A DNA stretch of 64,000 nucleotides from Silanimonas sp. (GTDB taxonomy: Bacteria > Pseudomonadota > Gammaproteobacteria > Xanthomonadales > Xanthomonadaceae). Position numbers and translations under genes: made by a program. The stretch lies in the NCBI GenBank assembly GCA_026005095.1, contig BPKK01000010.1:10512-74511 (forward strand), read 5' to 3'. Below are positions 23,871 through 34,551 of the stretch, in pieces (within the stretch, counting starts at the first letter, position 1; every line of letters starts with the position of its first letter). Under the pieces are notes generated by a model that was not told the DNA's origin, did no database searches, and saw nothing but the letters and a program-made list of their open reading frames with translations.

Positions 23871-25765
23871 AGCGTTTCGGCCGCCGTCCGGTGCGCGCGC
23901 CGGCCGCCGAGGCCGAGCAGTTTCGCCTCCGGGCACGGTGGGCGGCGCTCGGTGTGCTGCTCGCCCTGCTGGCCCTGGCGGCCGGTTATGCCCACCTGCA
24001 GATCGTGCAGTACGAGAGCTTCGCCACCCGTTCGGAGAAGAACCGTATCCGGCTGGAGCCGATCGTGCCGGCGCGCGGACTGATCTATGACCGCAATGGC
24101 GTGCTGCTGGCCGACAATGCCCCGGCCTACCGCCTCGACGTAGTGCCGGAGCGTGTGCCCGACATGGCGGCCTTGCTCGAGGCCCTGCGCCAGCGCGTGG
24201 CGCTCTCCGAGGAGGAGATCCGGCGCTTCGAGCATGCGCGCAAGGGCAGCCGCCGCTTCAAGCCGGTCACGCTGAAATACCGGCTTGCCGAGGAAGAGAT
24301 CGCCCGCCTCGCGGTGGACCGCCACCGCTTCCCGGGTGTCGAGGTGGTGCCCTATCTCACCCGCCGCTATCCCTTCGGCGAGCTTGCCGCCCACATCGTC
24401 GGCTATGTGGGGCGGATCGATGCCGACGACCTCGCCGCCATGGAGCGGGGAGGCGAGGGCCGCTTCGCTACCCTGCCGCACATCGGTAAGACCGGGATCG
24501 AGCGCTACTACGAGGCCCGGCTGCGTGGCGACGTGGGCTACCAGGAGGTGGAAACCAACGCCGAGAACCGGCCGCTGCGGGTGCTGCGCCGGCACGACGC
24601 CAAACCGGGGCAGGACCTCCACCTCGGCATCGACATCCGCCTGCAGCAGGCCATGGTGGAGGCCTTCCAGGGGCAGCACGGGGCCGCGGTAGCGATCGAT
24701 CCGGGCAGCGGCGAGATCCTCGCCATGGTCAGCCTGCCGAGCTACGACCCCAACCTGTTCGTGGGCGGCGTCTCCTTCGCCGATTACAGGCGGCTCAACG
24801 AGGACGTGGCCCGGCCGCTGTTCAACCGCAATGTGTTGGGCGGCTTCCCGCCCGGTTCCACCCTCAAGCCCTTCATGGCACTGGTCGGGCTGGAGCATGG
24901 CCTGATCACCCCGCAGAGCACGGTGTTTTCCAGCGGCGCCTACCGCCTGCCGGGGCAGGACCGCGAGTACCGCGACTGGCGACCCGGTGGCCACGGCACG
25001 GTGAACCTGCGCGAGTCGCTCGCGCAGTCGGTGAACACCTACTACTTCGACCTTGCGGTGAAGCTCGGCATCGACCGCATCAGCGAGGATTTCGCGCGCA
25101 TGGGCTTTGGTCGGCCCACCGGCATCGATCTTGCCGGCGAGGCGGCGGGCATCCTGCCCTCGCGGGCCTGGAAGCAGGCGCGCTTCAAGCAGCCCTGGTT
25201 CCCCGGCGAGACGGTGATCGCCGGCATTGGCCAGGGGTACTGGGTGGTCACGCCGCTGCAGCTCGCCCAGGCCACGGCGATGCTGGCCGATGGCGGGCGG
25301 CTGCGGCGCCCGCACCTGCTGCGTGCCTCGCAGGCCGGCTTCGGCGCGCCCCGGCTGCCGGAACCCCAGCCGCCGCCGGTGCTGGTGGCGAGCCAGGCGC
25401 AGCATGTCGAGGCGGTGAAGGACGGGCTGGTGGCCACCATGCACGGCCCCACCGGCACCGCCGCGCGGGCTGCCGCCGGGGCCCCCTACCGGATGGCCGG
25501 CAAGACCGGTACCGCACAGCGGGTGAGCCGCCAGGGCACCGAGCGTCTCGACCCCAACACGCTGCCCTACCACCTGCGCCACCAGGCCCTGTTCATCGGC
25601 TATGCCCCGGCCGAGCAGCCGACCATCGCGCTCGCCCTGGTCGTCGAGCATGGCGGCTCGGGCTCCGCCGCCGCCGCGCCGGTGGCGCGGCGCATCTTCG
25701 ATGCCTGGATGCGGCTTTCAGGGGCGCTGGAGCCTTCCCCGGCGGCGCCGGAGGCCGGGCCATGA
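23867..25765 (+). CDS. mrdA: Penicillin-binding protein 2
   Basis: RGLIYDRNG, PGSTLKP (SxxK), SVN (SxN), GKTGTAQ. Confidence 0.95.
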   Translation: MKRFGRRPVRAPAAEAEQFRLRARWAALGVLLALLALAAGYAHLQIVQYESFATRSEKNRIRLEPIVPARGLIYDRNGVLLADNAPAYRLDVVPERVPDMAALLEALRQRVALSEEEIRRFEHARKGSRRFKPVTLKYRLAEEEIARLAVDRHRFPGVEVVPYLTRRYPFGELAAHIVGYVGRIDADDLAAMERGGEGRFATLPHIGKTGIERYYEARLRGDVGYQEVETNAENRPLRVLRRHDAKPGQDLHLGIDIRLQQAMVEAFQGQHGAAVAIDPGSGEILAMVSLPSYDPNLFVGGVSFADYRRLNEDVARPLFNRNVLGGFPPGSTLKPFMALVGLEHGLITPQSTVFSSGAYRLPGQDREYRDWRPGGHGTVNLRESLAQSVNTYYFDLAVKLGIDRISEDFARMGFGRPTGIDLAGEAAGILPSRAWKQARFKQPWFPGETVIAGIGQGYWVVTPLQLAQATAMLADGGRLRRPHLLRASQAGFGAPRLPEPQPPPVLVASQAQHVEAVKDGLVATMHGPTGTAARAAAGAPYRMAGKTGTAQRVSRQGTERLDPNTLPYHLRHQALFIGYAPAEQPTIALALVVEHGGSGSAAAAPVARRIFDAWMRLSGALEPSPAAPEAGP

Positions 25766-26868
25766 ACCCGCTCTTCCACTGGCTCCGGGCCTTCGCCTGG
25801 CGCTGGCTCGACAAGATCGACCTGCCGCTGCTGCTCGGTCTCCTCGGCATCATGGCCATCGCCCTCGTGGTGCAGGCCAGCGCCTGGGGCGATCTTGCAG
25901 CAGCGCTCAAGCACGGCGTCCGCTTCGCCCTCGGCCTCGTGGCCCTGGTGCTGCTCTCGCGGGTCTCGCCGGCCAGCCTGCGCGAATGGACGCCCGTGGC
26001 CTATCTCGCCAGCCTTGGTCTGCTCGGTCTCGTCTTCCTCTTCGGCACCGGGCGCAGCGCCAATCTCTGGCTCGACCTGAAGCTGTTCCACCTGCAGCCG
26101 GGTGAGCTGCTCAAGCTGAGCGTGCCGATGATGGTGGCCTGGTTCCTGCACCAGGCTGTGCTGCCGCCGCGCTGGGGCAGCCTTGCGGTGTGCGCGGCCA
26201 TCATCGGCCTGCCTTTCGCCCTCACCGTGCTGCAGCCCGACCTCGGCACCGGCGTGCTGGTCGCGGCCTCCGGGGCCTTCGCCGTGTTCCTCGCCGGCAT
26301 CGCCTGGTGGCGCATCGGCCTGTTCGCCGGCCTCGGGCTCGCCGCCCTGCCGATCGCCTGGCAGTTCCTGATGCCCTACCAGCGCGACCGCATCCTGGTC
26401 TTCCTCGACCCGGAGACCGACCCTTTGGGTGCCGGCTGGAACATCATCCAGTCGAAGATCGCCATCGGCTCCGGCGGCCTCGTCGGCAAGGGCTGGGGGC
26501 AGGGCACCCAGTCGCAGCTCAATTTCCTGCCCGAGCACACCACCGACTTTGCCTTCTCGGTGTTTGCCGAGGAGTTCGGCTGGCTTGGCGTGGCAGTGCT
26601 CTTCTCGCTCTACCTCTTCGTGGTGCTGCGCTCGCTCTGGCTGGCGACCCAGGCCCGCGACACCTATGCTCGGCTGCTGGCCGGGGCCCTGGCCCTGGCC
26701 TTCTCGGTCTACGTGGTGGTGAATGCCGGCATGGTGGCCGGCTTCCTGCCGGTGGTGGGCGTGCCCATGCCGCTGTTGAGCTATGGCGGCACTTCGGCGG
26801 TGAGCCTGCTGGCCGGGTTCGGCATCGTGATGGCGGCGGGCAGCTACCGGCGTCGCTGGGGCGGGTAG
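25762..26868 (+). CDS. rodA: SEDS peptidoglycan polymerase RodA
   Basis: LQPDLGT, QSKIAIGSGG, PEHTTDF, PLLSYGG. Confidence 0.96.
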   Translation: MNPLFHWLRAFAWRWLDKIDLPLLLGLLGIMAIALVVQASAWGDLAAALKHGVRFALGLVALVLLSRVSPASLREWTPVAYLASLGLLGLVFLFGTGRSANLWLDLKLFHLQPGELLKLSVPMMVAWFLHQAVLPPRWGSLAVCAAIIGLPFALTVLQPDLGTGVLVAASGAFAVFLAGIAWWRIGLFAGLGLAALPIAWQFLMPYQRDRILVFLDPETDPLGAGWNIIQSKIAIGSGGLVGKGWGQGTQSQLNFLPEHTTDFAFSVFAEEFGWLGVAVLFSLYLFVVLRSLWLATQARDTYARLLAGALALAFSVYVVVNAGMVAGFLPVVGVPMPLLSYGGTSAVSLLAGFGIVMAAGSYRRRWGG

Positions 26869-26981
26869 CCGGCGCGGTTTCTCATTGGCGGCGCCTGCCG
26901 CGAGCGGACGGCCTTCCCGCGGCCCCGTGCTACATTCCGGCCGTGCGCGGCCCTCCCGCGCGAGGTCCAGATCCGATCCCG

Positions 26982-28031
26982 ATGCGCTTCGCTCCGCTGC
27001 TTTCTACCCTGCTCGCGGCCCTTGCCCTTCCGGCCGCCGCCAAGGCCCCCGATCCTGCCGTAGAGGCGGCCTTCATCGCCGAGGCGGGCGCCAAGTACGG
27101 GCTCTCCGAGGCCGAGGTCCGCGAATGGCTGGCCAAGGCGAACTACCAGCAAGGGATCGTTGATCTGATGTCGCGCCCGGCCGAACGGGTGAAGCCCTGG
27201 CGCGAGTACCGGCCGATCTTCCTCACCGAGGCGCGCATCGCTGGCGGCCGCCGCTTCCTTGCCGAGCATCGGGAGGCGCTGCAGCGGGTAGAGGACGCCA
27301 CCGGCGTGCCCAAGCAGTACATCGTCGCCATCCTTGGCGTCGAGACCTCGTACGGCCGCATCACCGGTAGTCACCGCGTGCTGGATGCGCTCTATACCCT
27401 GGGCTTCCACTATCCCTCGCTCGGCGACCCGGAGCGCGAGACACGCCGTGCTGCCTTCTTCCGTGACGAACTCGCGCAGTCGCTGCTGCTGGCACGTGAG
27501 GAGGGCATCGACATCCCCTCGCGCACCGGCAGCTATGCCGGTGCCATGGGCTGGGGGCAGTTCATGCCCTCGAGCTACCGCGCTTACGCGAAGGACGGCG
27601 ACGGCGACGGCCGGCGCGACCTGTTCAACTCCCTGCCCGATGTCTTCGCCTCGGTGGCCAACTATTTCGTGGCCCACGGCTGGGAGCCCGGAGCACCGGT
27701 GGTGGCGCGCGCCCTGGTGGCCGCCGATGCCGGCTTCTCGCCGCCCGATCTCGAGCCGCGCTATTCGCTGGCGGAGCTCGGCAACCTCGGTATCCGGCCG
27801 CTGCAGGCCCTGGGCGAGGACCGCCCGGCCACGGTGGTGAACCTCGAGGGCGAGCAGGGCCAGGAGACCTGGCTTGGCTTCCGTAATTTCTACGTCATCA
27901 CCCGCTACAACCGCTCGCCGATGTACGCGCTGGCAGTGCACCAGCTGGCCGAGGCGATCGCTGCCGGCGAGGCGACGCCGGCGGTCACGGCGGGGGCGAT
28001 GCCGGCCGGGGTGCCGGCGGGCGGTCGCTGA
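26982..28031 (+). CDS. mltB: Lytic murein transglycosylase B
   Basis: GVETSYG, GSYAGAMGWGQFMPSSY, DGDGDG EF-hand, ITRYNRS. Confidence 0.93.
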   Translation: MRFAPLLSTLLAALALPAAAKAPDPAVEAAFIAEAGAKYGLSEAEVREWLAKANYQQGIVDLMSRPAERVKPWREYRPIFLTEARIAGGRRFLAEHREALQRVEDATGVPKQYIVAILGVETSYGRITGSHRVLDALYTLGFHYPSLGDPERETRRAAFFRDELAQSLLLAREEGIDIPSRTGSYAGAMGWGQFMPSSYRAYAKDGDGDGRRDLFNSLPDVFASVANYFVAHGWEPGAPVVARALVAADAGFSPPDLEPRYSLAELGNLGIRPLQALGEDRPATVVNLEGEQGQETWLGFRNFYVITRYNRSPMYALAVHQLAEAIAAGEATPAVTAGAMPAGVPAGGR

Positions 28032-29008
28032 TGCGGTTCGCGGCGGCGCTGCTCGCCCTCCTGCTGCTGGCCGGCTGCGCCTCGGCGCCCGGGGGCAAGA
28101 AGCCGCGTCCCGACCCGTATGCCGGCGAGCCGGGCAGCCGGGCCCGGGCCCTGCGCGAGGCCGGCCCGACCCGGATCGATCCCCTGCCGGCGCCGCCCAA
28201 CTGCGTGCCGCCGCGCGAGCACGACGAATCGCTCTACACCCCGGGCGGGCTCTATGCCCCGGGCGTGCCCGACAGCGCGCCGCCGGTGCCGGTCGATGTC
28301 TCCCATCTGCCCGAGCCGGTGCCGCGCCGCGAGCCACGCGCGGCCTACGGAAACCGCGAGACCTACACCGTGCTCGGCCGCACCTACCGGGTGATGGCCT
28401 CGGCGGAGGGCTATGTCGAGCGCGGCATCGCCAGCTGGTACGGCTACAAGTTCCACGGCCGCCATACCTCCAGCCGCGAGCGCTATGACATGTGCGCCTT
28501 CACCGCGGCGCACAAGACCCTGCCGCTGCCGAGCTATGTGCGCGTCACCAACCTCGAGAACGGCCGCAGCGTGGTGGTGCGGGTGAATGACCGCGGCCCC
28601 TTCCACGAGGGGCGGATCATCGATCTTAGCTATGCGGCGGCGGCCCGGCTCGACATGAAGCGCAATGGCACCGCGCGGGTGGAGGTGCGGGCCCTGATGG
28701 GGCCGGACGACAGCCGGGTTGCCGAGCGGCCGCCCGCACCGCCGCCCGCCCGTCCAGCGTCTCCAGCGGCGGGGGCGCAGGTGGTGCAGGTGGGCAGCTT
28801 CGGCGACCGGCTGAATGCCGAGCGGCTCGTCGGCCGGCTCGCCGAGGCCGGCCTGCCCGGGGCGCAGCTCGACCACACCATCGTCGGCGAACGCAGCCTC
28901 TGGCGGGTGCGCTTCCCGCCCCAGCCGCTGGAGGCGGCGCAGGCCCTGGCCGAGCGCATCGCCGCCCTTGGCCTTGGCACGCCCGGCCTGCTGCCGGTGC
29001 CGCGTTGA
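28031..29008 (+). CDS. rlpA: Septal ring lytic transglycosylase RlpA lipoprotein with SPOR domain
   Basis: Lipobox LAGC, GIASWYG, AAHKTLPLP, VNDRGPF, IIDLS; C-terminal VQVGSF SPOR motif. Confidence 0.93.
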   Translation: MRFAAALLALLLLAGCASAPGGKKPRPDPYAGEPGSRARALREAGPTRIDPLPAPPNCVPPREHDESLYTPGGLYAPGVPDSAPPVPVDVSHLPEPVPRREPRAAYGNRETYTVLGRTYRVMASAEGYVERGIASWYGYKFHGRHTSSRERYDMCAFTAAHKTLPLPSYVRVTNLENGRSVVVRVNDRGPFHEGRIIDLSYAAAARLDMKRNGTARVEVRALMGPDDSRVAERPPAPPPARPASPAAGAQVVQVGSFGDRLNAERLVGRLAEAGLPGAQLDHTIVGERSLWRVRFPPQPLEAAQALAERIAALGLGTPGLLPVPR

Positions 29009-29110
29009 GGCCGGCGCCCGGGCCTGAACCCGCGGTTAAGCCGGGCCGCCCTAAGCTTTCCCACGTTTTTGCCCGTTCCCTCGGCCCCGCCCCGGAGTCC
29101 TGACCGCCCC

Positions 29111-30367
29111 ATGCCCCGCCTTGCCCCGACCGTGCTGCCCGCGCTCCTCGCCGCCCTCCTTGCCGCGCCGCTCTCGGCACAGGCCCCTGCGCCACAGCCC
29201 GTGCCGCAGCCGGTTCCCCAGCCTGCCGCGCCGGCGCCGGCGCCGGCGGCCGCGCCCGCGGCCATTCCACCGGCACCGGCCTCGCAGGGCGCGGCCTGGA
29301 TCCTGATGGATGCCACCAGTGGGCAGATCCTCGCCGGGCACGAGATCGACACTCCGCGCGCCCCGGCCTCGCTCACCAAGGTCATGACCTCCTACGTGGT
29401 GGCCGCCGAGCTGGCGGCCGGGCGTATCAAGCGCGACGACATGGTGCTGATCTCCGAGCGCGCCTGGCGCGAGGGCGGGGCGGGCACGGCCGGCAGCTAT
29501 TCCGGCTTCGACGTGAACACCCGCGCGCCCCTCGAGAAGGTGATGACGGGCATGGTGGTGCAGAGCGGCAATGACGCCTCGATCGCGCTCGCCGAGCACG
29601 TGGCCGGCACCCAGGAGGCCTTCGCCGACCTGATGAACCGCTACGCGAAGCAACTCGGGATGACGAACAGCCACTTCGTCAACGCCCACGGCCTCGATGC
29701 CGAAGGCCAGGTGATCACCGCCCGCGACATGGCGATCCTCGCCCGCGCCCTGATCCGCGACTTCCCCGAGGCCTATGCCCTGCACTCCATCAAGGAGTTC
29801 ACCTGGAACGGTATCACCCAGCACAACCGCAACGGCCTGCTGTGGAAGGACCCCAGCGTGGACGGCATCAAGACCGGCCATACCAGCCGTGCCGGCTACA
29901 ACCTCGCAGCCTCGGCCAAGCGTGGCGACATGCGCCTGATCTCGGTGGTGCTGGGTGTGGAGACCAGCAACCGCGTCGATGCCTTCCGCATCCGCGAAGG
30001 CGACAACCTCGCGCTGCTGAACTGGGGCTTCCGCTTCTACGAGACCCACGCCCTGTTCGATCCCGCCACGCCGCTTGCCACCCTGCCGCTGTACAAGGGC
30101 GAGGCCGACAGCGTGGCCCTCGGCGTGGCCGCGCCGCTGCTCGTCACCCTGCCGCGCGGCCGCTACGGCGGTCTCAAGCCGGTGATCGACGTGCCGAAGC
30201 AGATCCTTGCCCCGATCAGCGAGGGCCAGACGATCGGTACCGTGCGCGTGCAGCTCGATGGCCAGACCGTGGCCGAAGCGCCGCTCGTCGCCCGGCAGGC
30301 GGTGGCCGAGGCCGGCTTCTTCGGCCGCCTCTACGACGAGTTCCGCCTCTGGTGGAACGCTGAGTAA
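29111..30367 (+). CDS. dacA: D-alanyl-D-alanine carboxypeptidase (PBP5/6)
   Basis: PASLTK (SxxK), SGN, KTG; Pro/Ala-rich linker after the signal peptide. Confidence 0.92.
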   Translation: MPRLAPTVLPALLAALLAAPLSAQAPAPQPVPQPVPQPAAPAPAPAAAPAAIPPAPASQGAAWILMDATSGQILAGHEIDTPRAPASLTKVMTSYVVAAELAAGRIKRDDMVLISERAWREGGAGTAGSYSGFDVNTRAPLEKVMTGMVVQSGNDASIALAEHVAGTQEAFADLMNRYAKQLGMTNSHFVNAHGLDAEGQVITARDMAILARALIRDFPEAYALHSIKEFTWNGITQHNRNGLLWKDPSVDGIKTGHTSRAGYNLAASAKRGDMRLISVVLGVETSNRVDAFRIREGDNLALLNWGFRFYETHALFDPATPLATLPLYKGEADSVALGVAAPLLVTLPRGRYGGLKPVIDVPKQILAPISEGQTIGTVRVQLDGQTVAEAPLVARQAVAEAGFFGRLYDEFRLWWNAE

Positions 30368-30380
30368 GCGGAGCCCGCAC

Positions 30381-30659
30381 GTGTCGATCAAATCCGATAA
30401 TCCCGAGCACGGCCTGCAGTTCCCCGGCACCTTCGAGATCTGCGCCATGGGAGCGGCGGGGGCCGGGCTCGAGACCCGGGTACCGGCGGCGCTCGAGGCC
30501 GTCGGCCTCGTGGTGCACCGCAGTCGTCATCGCAGCCGCCCGTCCGCCAAGGGCAACTGGGTGTCGGTCACCTACGCCTTCGATGCCGGAAGCCGCGCCG
30601 AGTACGAATTGGCCCACGCGGCGCTGCGCGCCTTGCCCGAGGTGAAGTGGACACTCTGA
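30381..30659 (+). CDS. ybeD: YbeD / DUF493 family protein
   Basis: [19 protein letters not shown]; lies between dacA and lipB. Confidence 0.85.
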   Translation: MSIKSDNPEHGLQFPGTFEICAMGAAGAGLETRVPAALEAVGLVVHRSRHRSRPSAKGNWVSVTYAFDAGSRAEYELAHAALRALPEVKWTL

Positions 30660-31306
30660 GGCCCTGCGCGGTGCGTTGGCTCGGGCGCCGGCCCTATGTG
30701 CCGGTGTGGCGGGCCATGCAGGCCTTCACCGATGGTCGTGGTCCGGAGACCGGCGACGAGCTCTGGCTGGTCGAGCACGAGCCGGTTTTCACCCTCGGTC
30801 AGGCCGGCAAGCCAGAACATGTGCTGGCTCCCGGCGACATCCCGGTGCTGCCGGTAGACCGCGGCGGGCAGGTGACCTACCACGGCCCGGGCCAGTTGGT
30901 GGCCTACCCCTTGCTCGATCTGCGCCGCCTCGGCCTCGGCGTGAAGGCCCTGGTGGAGCGGATCGAGCAGGCGGTGATCGATACCTGCGCCGTTGCCGGC
31001 ATCGCCACCATGCGCCGTGAGGGCGCGCCCGGGGTCTACACCGTCGATGGGGCCAAGATCGCCGCCCTCGGCCTGCGCGTCCGCCGGGGCTGCAGCTTCC
31101 ATGGCCTGGCCTTCAACGTGGACATGGACCTCGAGCCCTTCCAGCGCATCAATCCCTGCGGCTATGCCGGCCAGCCGGTCACCATGCTGGCCGCGCACGG
31201 CGGCCCGGCCGGGCTGCGCGCTGTGGCCGAACTGCTCGTCCCCCGCCTTTCCTCACATCTCGGGCTGCGCCCGGCATGGCAGGATGGCGCCATCCCCGGC
31301 CTCTGA
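30647..31306 (+). CDS. lipB: Lipoyl(octanoyl) transferase
   Basis: [33 protein letters not shown]. Confidence 0.96.
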   Translation: MDTLRPCAVRWLGRRPYVPVWRAMQAFTDGRGPETGDELWLVEHEPVFTLGQAGKPEHVLAPGDIPVLPVDRGGQVTYHGPGQLVAYPLLDLRRLGLGVKALVERIEQAVIDTCAVAGIATMRREGAPGVYTVDGAKIAALGLRVRRGCSFHGLAFNVDMDLEPFQRINPCGYAGQPVTMLAAHGGPAGLRAVAELLVPRLSSHLGLRPAWQDGAIPGL

Positions 31307-31324
31307 CGCCGGCCCCCGACCGCC

Positions 31325-32335
31325 ATGACCAGCCCCAGCAAGACCATTCCCCTCACCGTGCTCGCGCCCGACCTGCCCGAGGCCGGCAAGAAGCAGCTTG
31401 GTGGCGACAAGATCGGCAGGAGCCCGGTGCAGTTCGGCGAGGCGCCGACGCTGCGCAAGCCCTCGTGGATCCGCGTGCGCATCCCCTCCGGGAACGCCGT
31501 GCAGCAACTGAAGGCGAAGCTCCGCGAGAACGCGCTCGTCACCGTGTGCGAGGAGGCGAGCTGCCCGAACATCCACGAGTGCTTCAGTCATGGCACCGCG
31601 ACCTTCATGATCCTCGGTGAGGTCTGCACCCGGCGCTGCAGCTTCTGCGACGTGGCCCACGGCCGGCCGAAGCCACCCGATCCCGAGGAACCGAAGAAGC
31701 TGGCCCGCACCATCGCCGACATGGGCCTGAAATACGTGGTCATCACCTCGGTGGACCGCGACGACCTGCGCGACGGCGGCGCCCAGCACTTCGTCGATTG
31801 CATCCGTGAGGCGCGCGCGCTCTCGCCGGACCTCAGGATCGAGATCCTGACCCCGGATTTCCGCGGCAAGGGCCGGATGGATCGGGCGCTGGAGATCCTC
31901 GCCACCGCCCCGCCCGACGTGTTCAACCACAATCTCGAGACGGTAAAGCCGCTCTATCCCAACGTGCGGCCGGGCGCCGATTACGACTGGTCGCTCGAGC
32001 TCTTGCGGCGGTTCAAGGCCCAGCACCCCGAGGTGCCCACCAAGAGCGGCATCATGCTGGGCTTGGGCGAGACCCTGGAGCAGGTGCAGGAGTGCCTGCG
32101 CCACCTGCGCGCCCATGACGTCGACATGGTCACCATCGGCCAGTACCTGCAGCCCACGCCGCACCACCATCCGGTGATGAAGTACTGGACGCCGGACGAG
32201 TTCCGGGAACTCGAGGCCTTCGGCTACGGTCTTGGCTTCAGCCACGTGGCCGCAGGGCCGATGGTGCGCTCGTCCTACCACGCCGACCGTTCGGCAGCCG
32301 AGGCGGGCCTCCTCGCCCGGGCCCAGGCCCGCTGA
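31325..32335 (+). CDS. lipA: Lipoyl synthase
   Basis: [20 protein letters not shown] radical SAM motif, RSSY. Confidence 0.97.
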   Translation: MTSPSKTIPLTVLAPDLPEAGKKQLGGDKIGRSPVQFGEAPTLRKPSWIRVRIPSGNAVQQLKAKLRENALVTVCEEASCPNIHECFSHGTATFMILGEVCTRRCSFCDVAHGRPKPPDPEEPKKLARTIADMGLKYVVITSVDRDDLRDGGAQHFVDCIREARALSPDLRIEILTPDFRGKGRMDRALEILATAPPDVFNHNLETVKPLYPNVRPGADYDWSLELLRRFKAQHPEVPTKSGIMLGLGETLEQVQECLRHLRAHDVDMVTIGQYLQPTPHHHPVMKYWTPDEFRELEAFGYGLGFSHVAAGPMVRSSYHADRSAAEAGLLARAQAR

Positions 32336-32359
32336 CGCTCCGAGAAGAACCCCGCCGCC

Positions 32360-34540
32360 ATGCCAAAGCCGCTGCCCCTTCTCCTTGCTGCCCTGCTGCC
32401 GCTGGCGCTCGCTGGCACCAGTACCGTGCCCGCCGCCGCGCCGGTGGCTGCCCCGGCCGTTCCGCGCAGCGCCGCCGCCTTCGCTCCCACGGCCGACCAG
32501 ATCGGTGCCGCCCGCATGGTGCATGGCGTGCTCTCCGACAGTCGCTACGTCTACGCCCCGCGGCCCCTGGACGCCAAGCTCGGCGCCGTGGTGTTCCGCC
32601 GTTACCTCGAGAGCCTGGACCGGCAGAAGCTGTTCTTCCTGCAGGAGGACATCGACCGCTTCAAGACGATGGCGCCGCGTTTCGATGAGGCGGTGCGCGG
32701 TAATGCCATGCAGCCGGCCTTCGACATCTACGCCTTGTACATGCAGCGCGTGGCCGAGCGGGTGGCCTTCGCCCGCGAGCGGCTGAAGGGCGAGTTCGAC
32801 TTCGATACCGACGAGGTCTGGCACTACAAGCGCGAGGACGCTCCCTGGGCGCGTTCCAGCATCGAGCTCGATGCGCTCTGGGCGAAATACGTGAAGAACG
32901 ACTGGCTGCGGCTGAAGCTGGCCGGCCGTTCACCCGAGGAGATCCGTCGCACCCTCGACCGCCGCTATGCCCAGCTCGGCACCCGGGTGGTCAAGCTCAA
33001 GCCCGAGGATGCCTTCGAGACCTTCCTCAACGCCTATACCACCTCGCTCGACCCGCATACCAGCTACATGGGGCCGCGCAGCGCCGAGAACTTCAACATG
33101 TCGATGCGGCTCTCGCTGGAGGGCATCGGCGCGGTGCTACAGACGCAGGATGACTACGTGGTGGTGCGCACCCTCGTGCCCGGCGGTCCGGCGGCGAAGT
33201 CGGGGCGCATCAGTGTTGGTGACCGGATCGTCGCCGTGGGCCAGGGCGATGGCCCGATGGTGGATGTGATGGGCTGGCGCATCGACGACGTGGTGCAGCT
33301 GGTGCGTGGCGCCAAAGGCACCAGGGTGCGGCTCGACATCATCCCCGCCGCCCGTGGCCTCGATGGCGAGCACGTGCTGGTGGAACTGGTGCGCGAGCGG
33401 GTGAAGCTCGAGGAGCAGGCCGCACGCCGCCAGCTCATCGAGGCCGATGGCCGCCGTATCGGCGTGATCCGCCTACCCACCTTTTACGCCGATTTCGAGG
33501 CCAAGCGCCGCGGCGATCCGGATGCCCGCTCCGCCACCACCGACGTTGCCCGCCTGCTTGCCGAACTGAAGGCGGAGAAGGTCGATGGCGTGGTGGTCGA
33601 TCTGCGCGGCAACGGCGGCGGCTCGCTCACCGAGGCGGTGGAGCTCACCGGCCTGTTCATCGACACCGGGCCGGTGGTGCAGGTGCGCGAGGCCGGTGGC
33701 CGGGTGAGCGTGGAGGCCGACGACCGTCCGGGCGTGGCCTGGGATGGCCCGCTCGCCGTGCTGGTGGACCGCAGCTCGGCCTCGGCTTCCGAGATCTTCG
33801 CCGCCGCCATCCAGGACTACGGCCGCGGTCTCGTGCTCGGCGAGACCACCTTCGGCAAGGGCACGGTGCAGAATCTGATCGACCTCGACCGCTTCCAGAA
33901 CAGCCGCCAGCCGCGCTTCGGTCAGCTGAAGCTCACGGTGGCGCAGTTCTTTCGCATCAGTGGCGACACTACCCAGTTCAACGGCGTAGTGCCCGACATC
34001 GCCTTCCCGGTCACCCTGGATGCCGACGAGTTCGGCGAGAGCACCTACGAGAACGCCCTGCCGGCCACCCGGATCGCCCCGGCCGAGCACCGCAGCTACG
34101 GCAATTTCGCCCCCCTGCTGCTGCCGCTCGCGCAGCGCCATGAGGCGCGCATCGCCAAGGACGTCGAGATCCAGTGGTGGAAGGAAGACGTGGCGCAGTT
34201 CCGCGCCGAGCGCGAGCGCGGCTTCCTCTCGCTCAACGAGGCCGAGCGCCGCGCCGAGCGCGAGCGCGCCGAGGCCAGGCGCCTGCACCGGGAGGCCGAG
34301 CGCAAGCGGCTTGGCCTCAATGGTCTGCCGCCCAGCCGCGCCGACGACGGCCTGCAGGCCGACGAGCGTGACGTGGTGCAGCAGGTGGAGGAGGAGAAGG
34401 CGGCGGAGAACCTGATCGACCCGCTGCTGCGCGAGAGCGCCTTCGTGCTCTCGGATGCGATCCACCTGCTGTCCCGGGATGCCCGGCTCACCGCCCTGGT
34501 GCTGCCGCAGGGCGGCAAGCCCACCCGCTGGGCCGACTGA
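32360..34540 (+). CDS. prc: Carboxy-terminal (tail-specific) processing protease, S41 family
   Basis: LDPHTSY, PDZ GIGA, DLRGNGGG, SASASEIFA, FGKGTVQ. Confidence 0.93.
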   Translation: MPKPLPLLLAALLPLALAGTSTVPAAAPVAAPAVPRSAAAFAPTADQIGAARMVHGVLSDSRYVYAPRPLDAKLGAVVFRRYLESLDRQKLFFLQEDIDRFKTMAPRFDEAVRGNAMQPAFDIYALYMQRVAERVAFARERLKGEFDFDTDEVWHYKREDAPWARSSIELDALWAKYVKNDWLRLKLAGRSPEEIRRTLDRRYAQLGTRVVKLKPEDAFETFLNAYTTSLDPHTSYMGPRSAENFNMSMRLSLEGIGAVLQTQDDYVVVRTLVPGGPAAKSGRISVGDRIVAVGQGDGPMVDVMGWRIDDVVQLVRGAKGTRVRLDIIPAARGLDGEHVLVELVRERVKLEEQAARRQLIEADGRRIGVIRLPTFYADFEAKRRGDPDARSATTDVARLLAELKAEKVDGVVVDLRGNGGGSLTEAVELTGLFIDTGPVVQVREAGGRVSVEADDRPGVAWDGPLAVLVDRSSASASEIFAAAIQDYGRGLVLGETTFGKGTVQNLIDLDRFQNSRQPRFGQLKLTVAQFFRISGDTTQFNGVVPDIAFPVTLDADEFGESTYENALPATRIAPAEHRSYGNFAPLLLPLAQRHEARIAKDVEIQWWKEDVAQFRAERERGFLSLNEAERRAERERAEARRLHREAERKRLGLNGLPPSRADDGLQADERDVVQQVEEEKAAENLIDPLLRESAFVLSDAIHLLSRDARLTALVLPQGGKPTRWAD

Positions 34541-34551
34541 TTCCCAGCGCG

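Noticed and set aside
29185-29280. PQPV/PA repeats at the start of dacA
   Set aside because: Low-complexity protein linker, not a DNA repeat element or CRISPR array.
34230-34310. GCCGAGCGC-type repeats in prc
   Set aside because: They encode an E/R/A-rich helix typical of the Prc C-terminal region.
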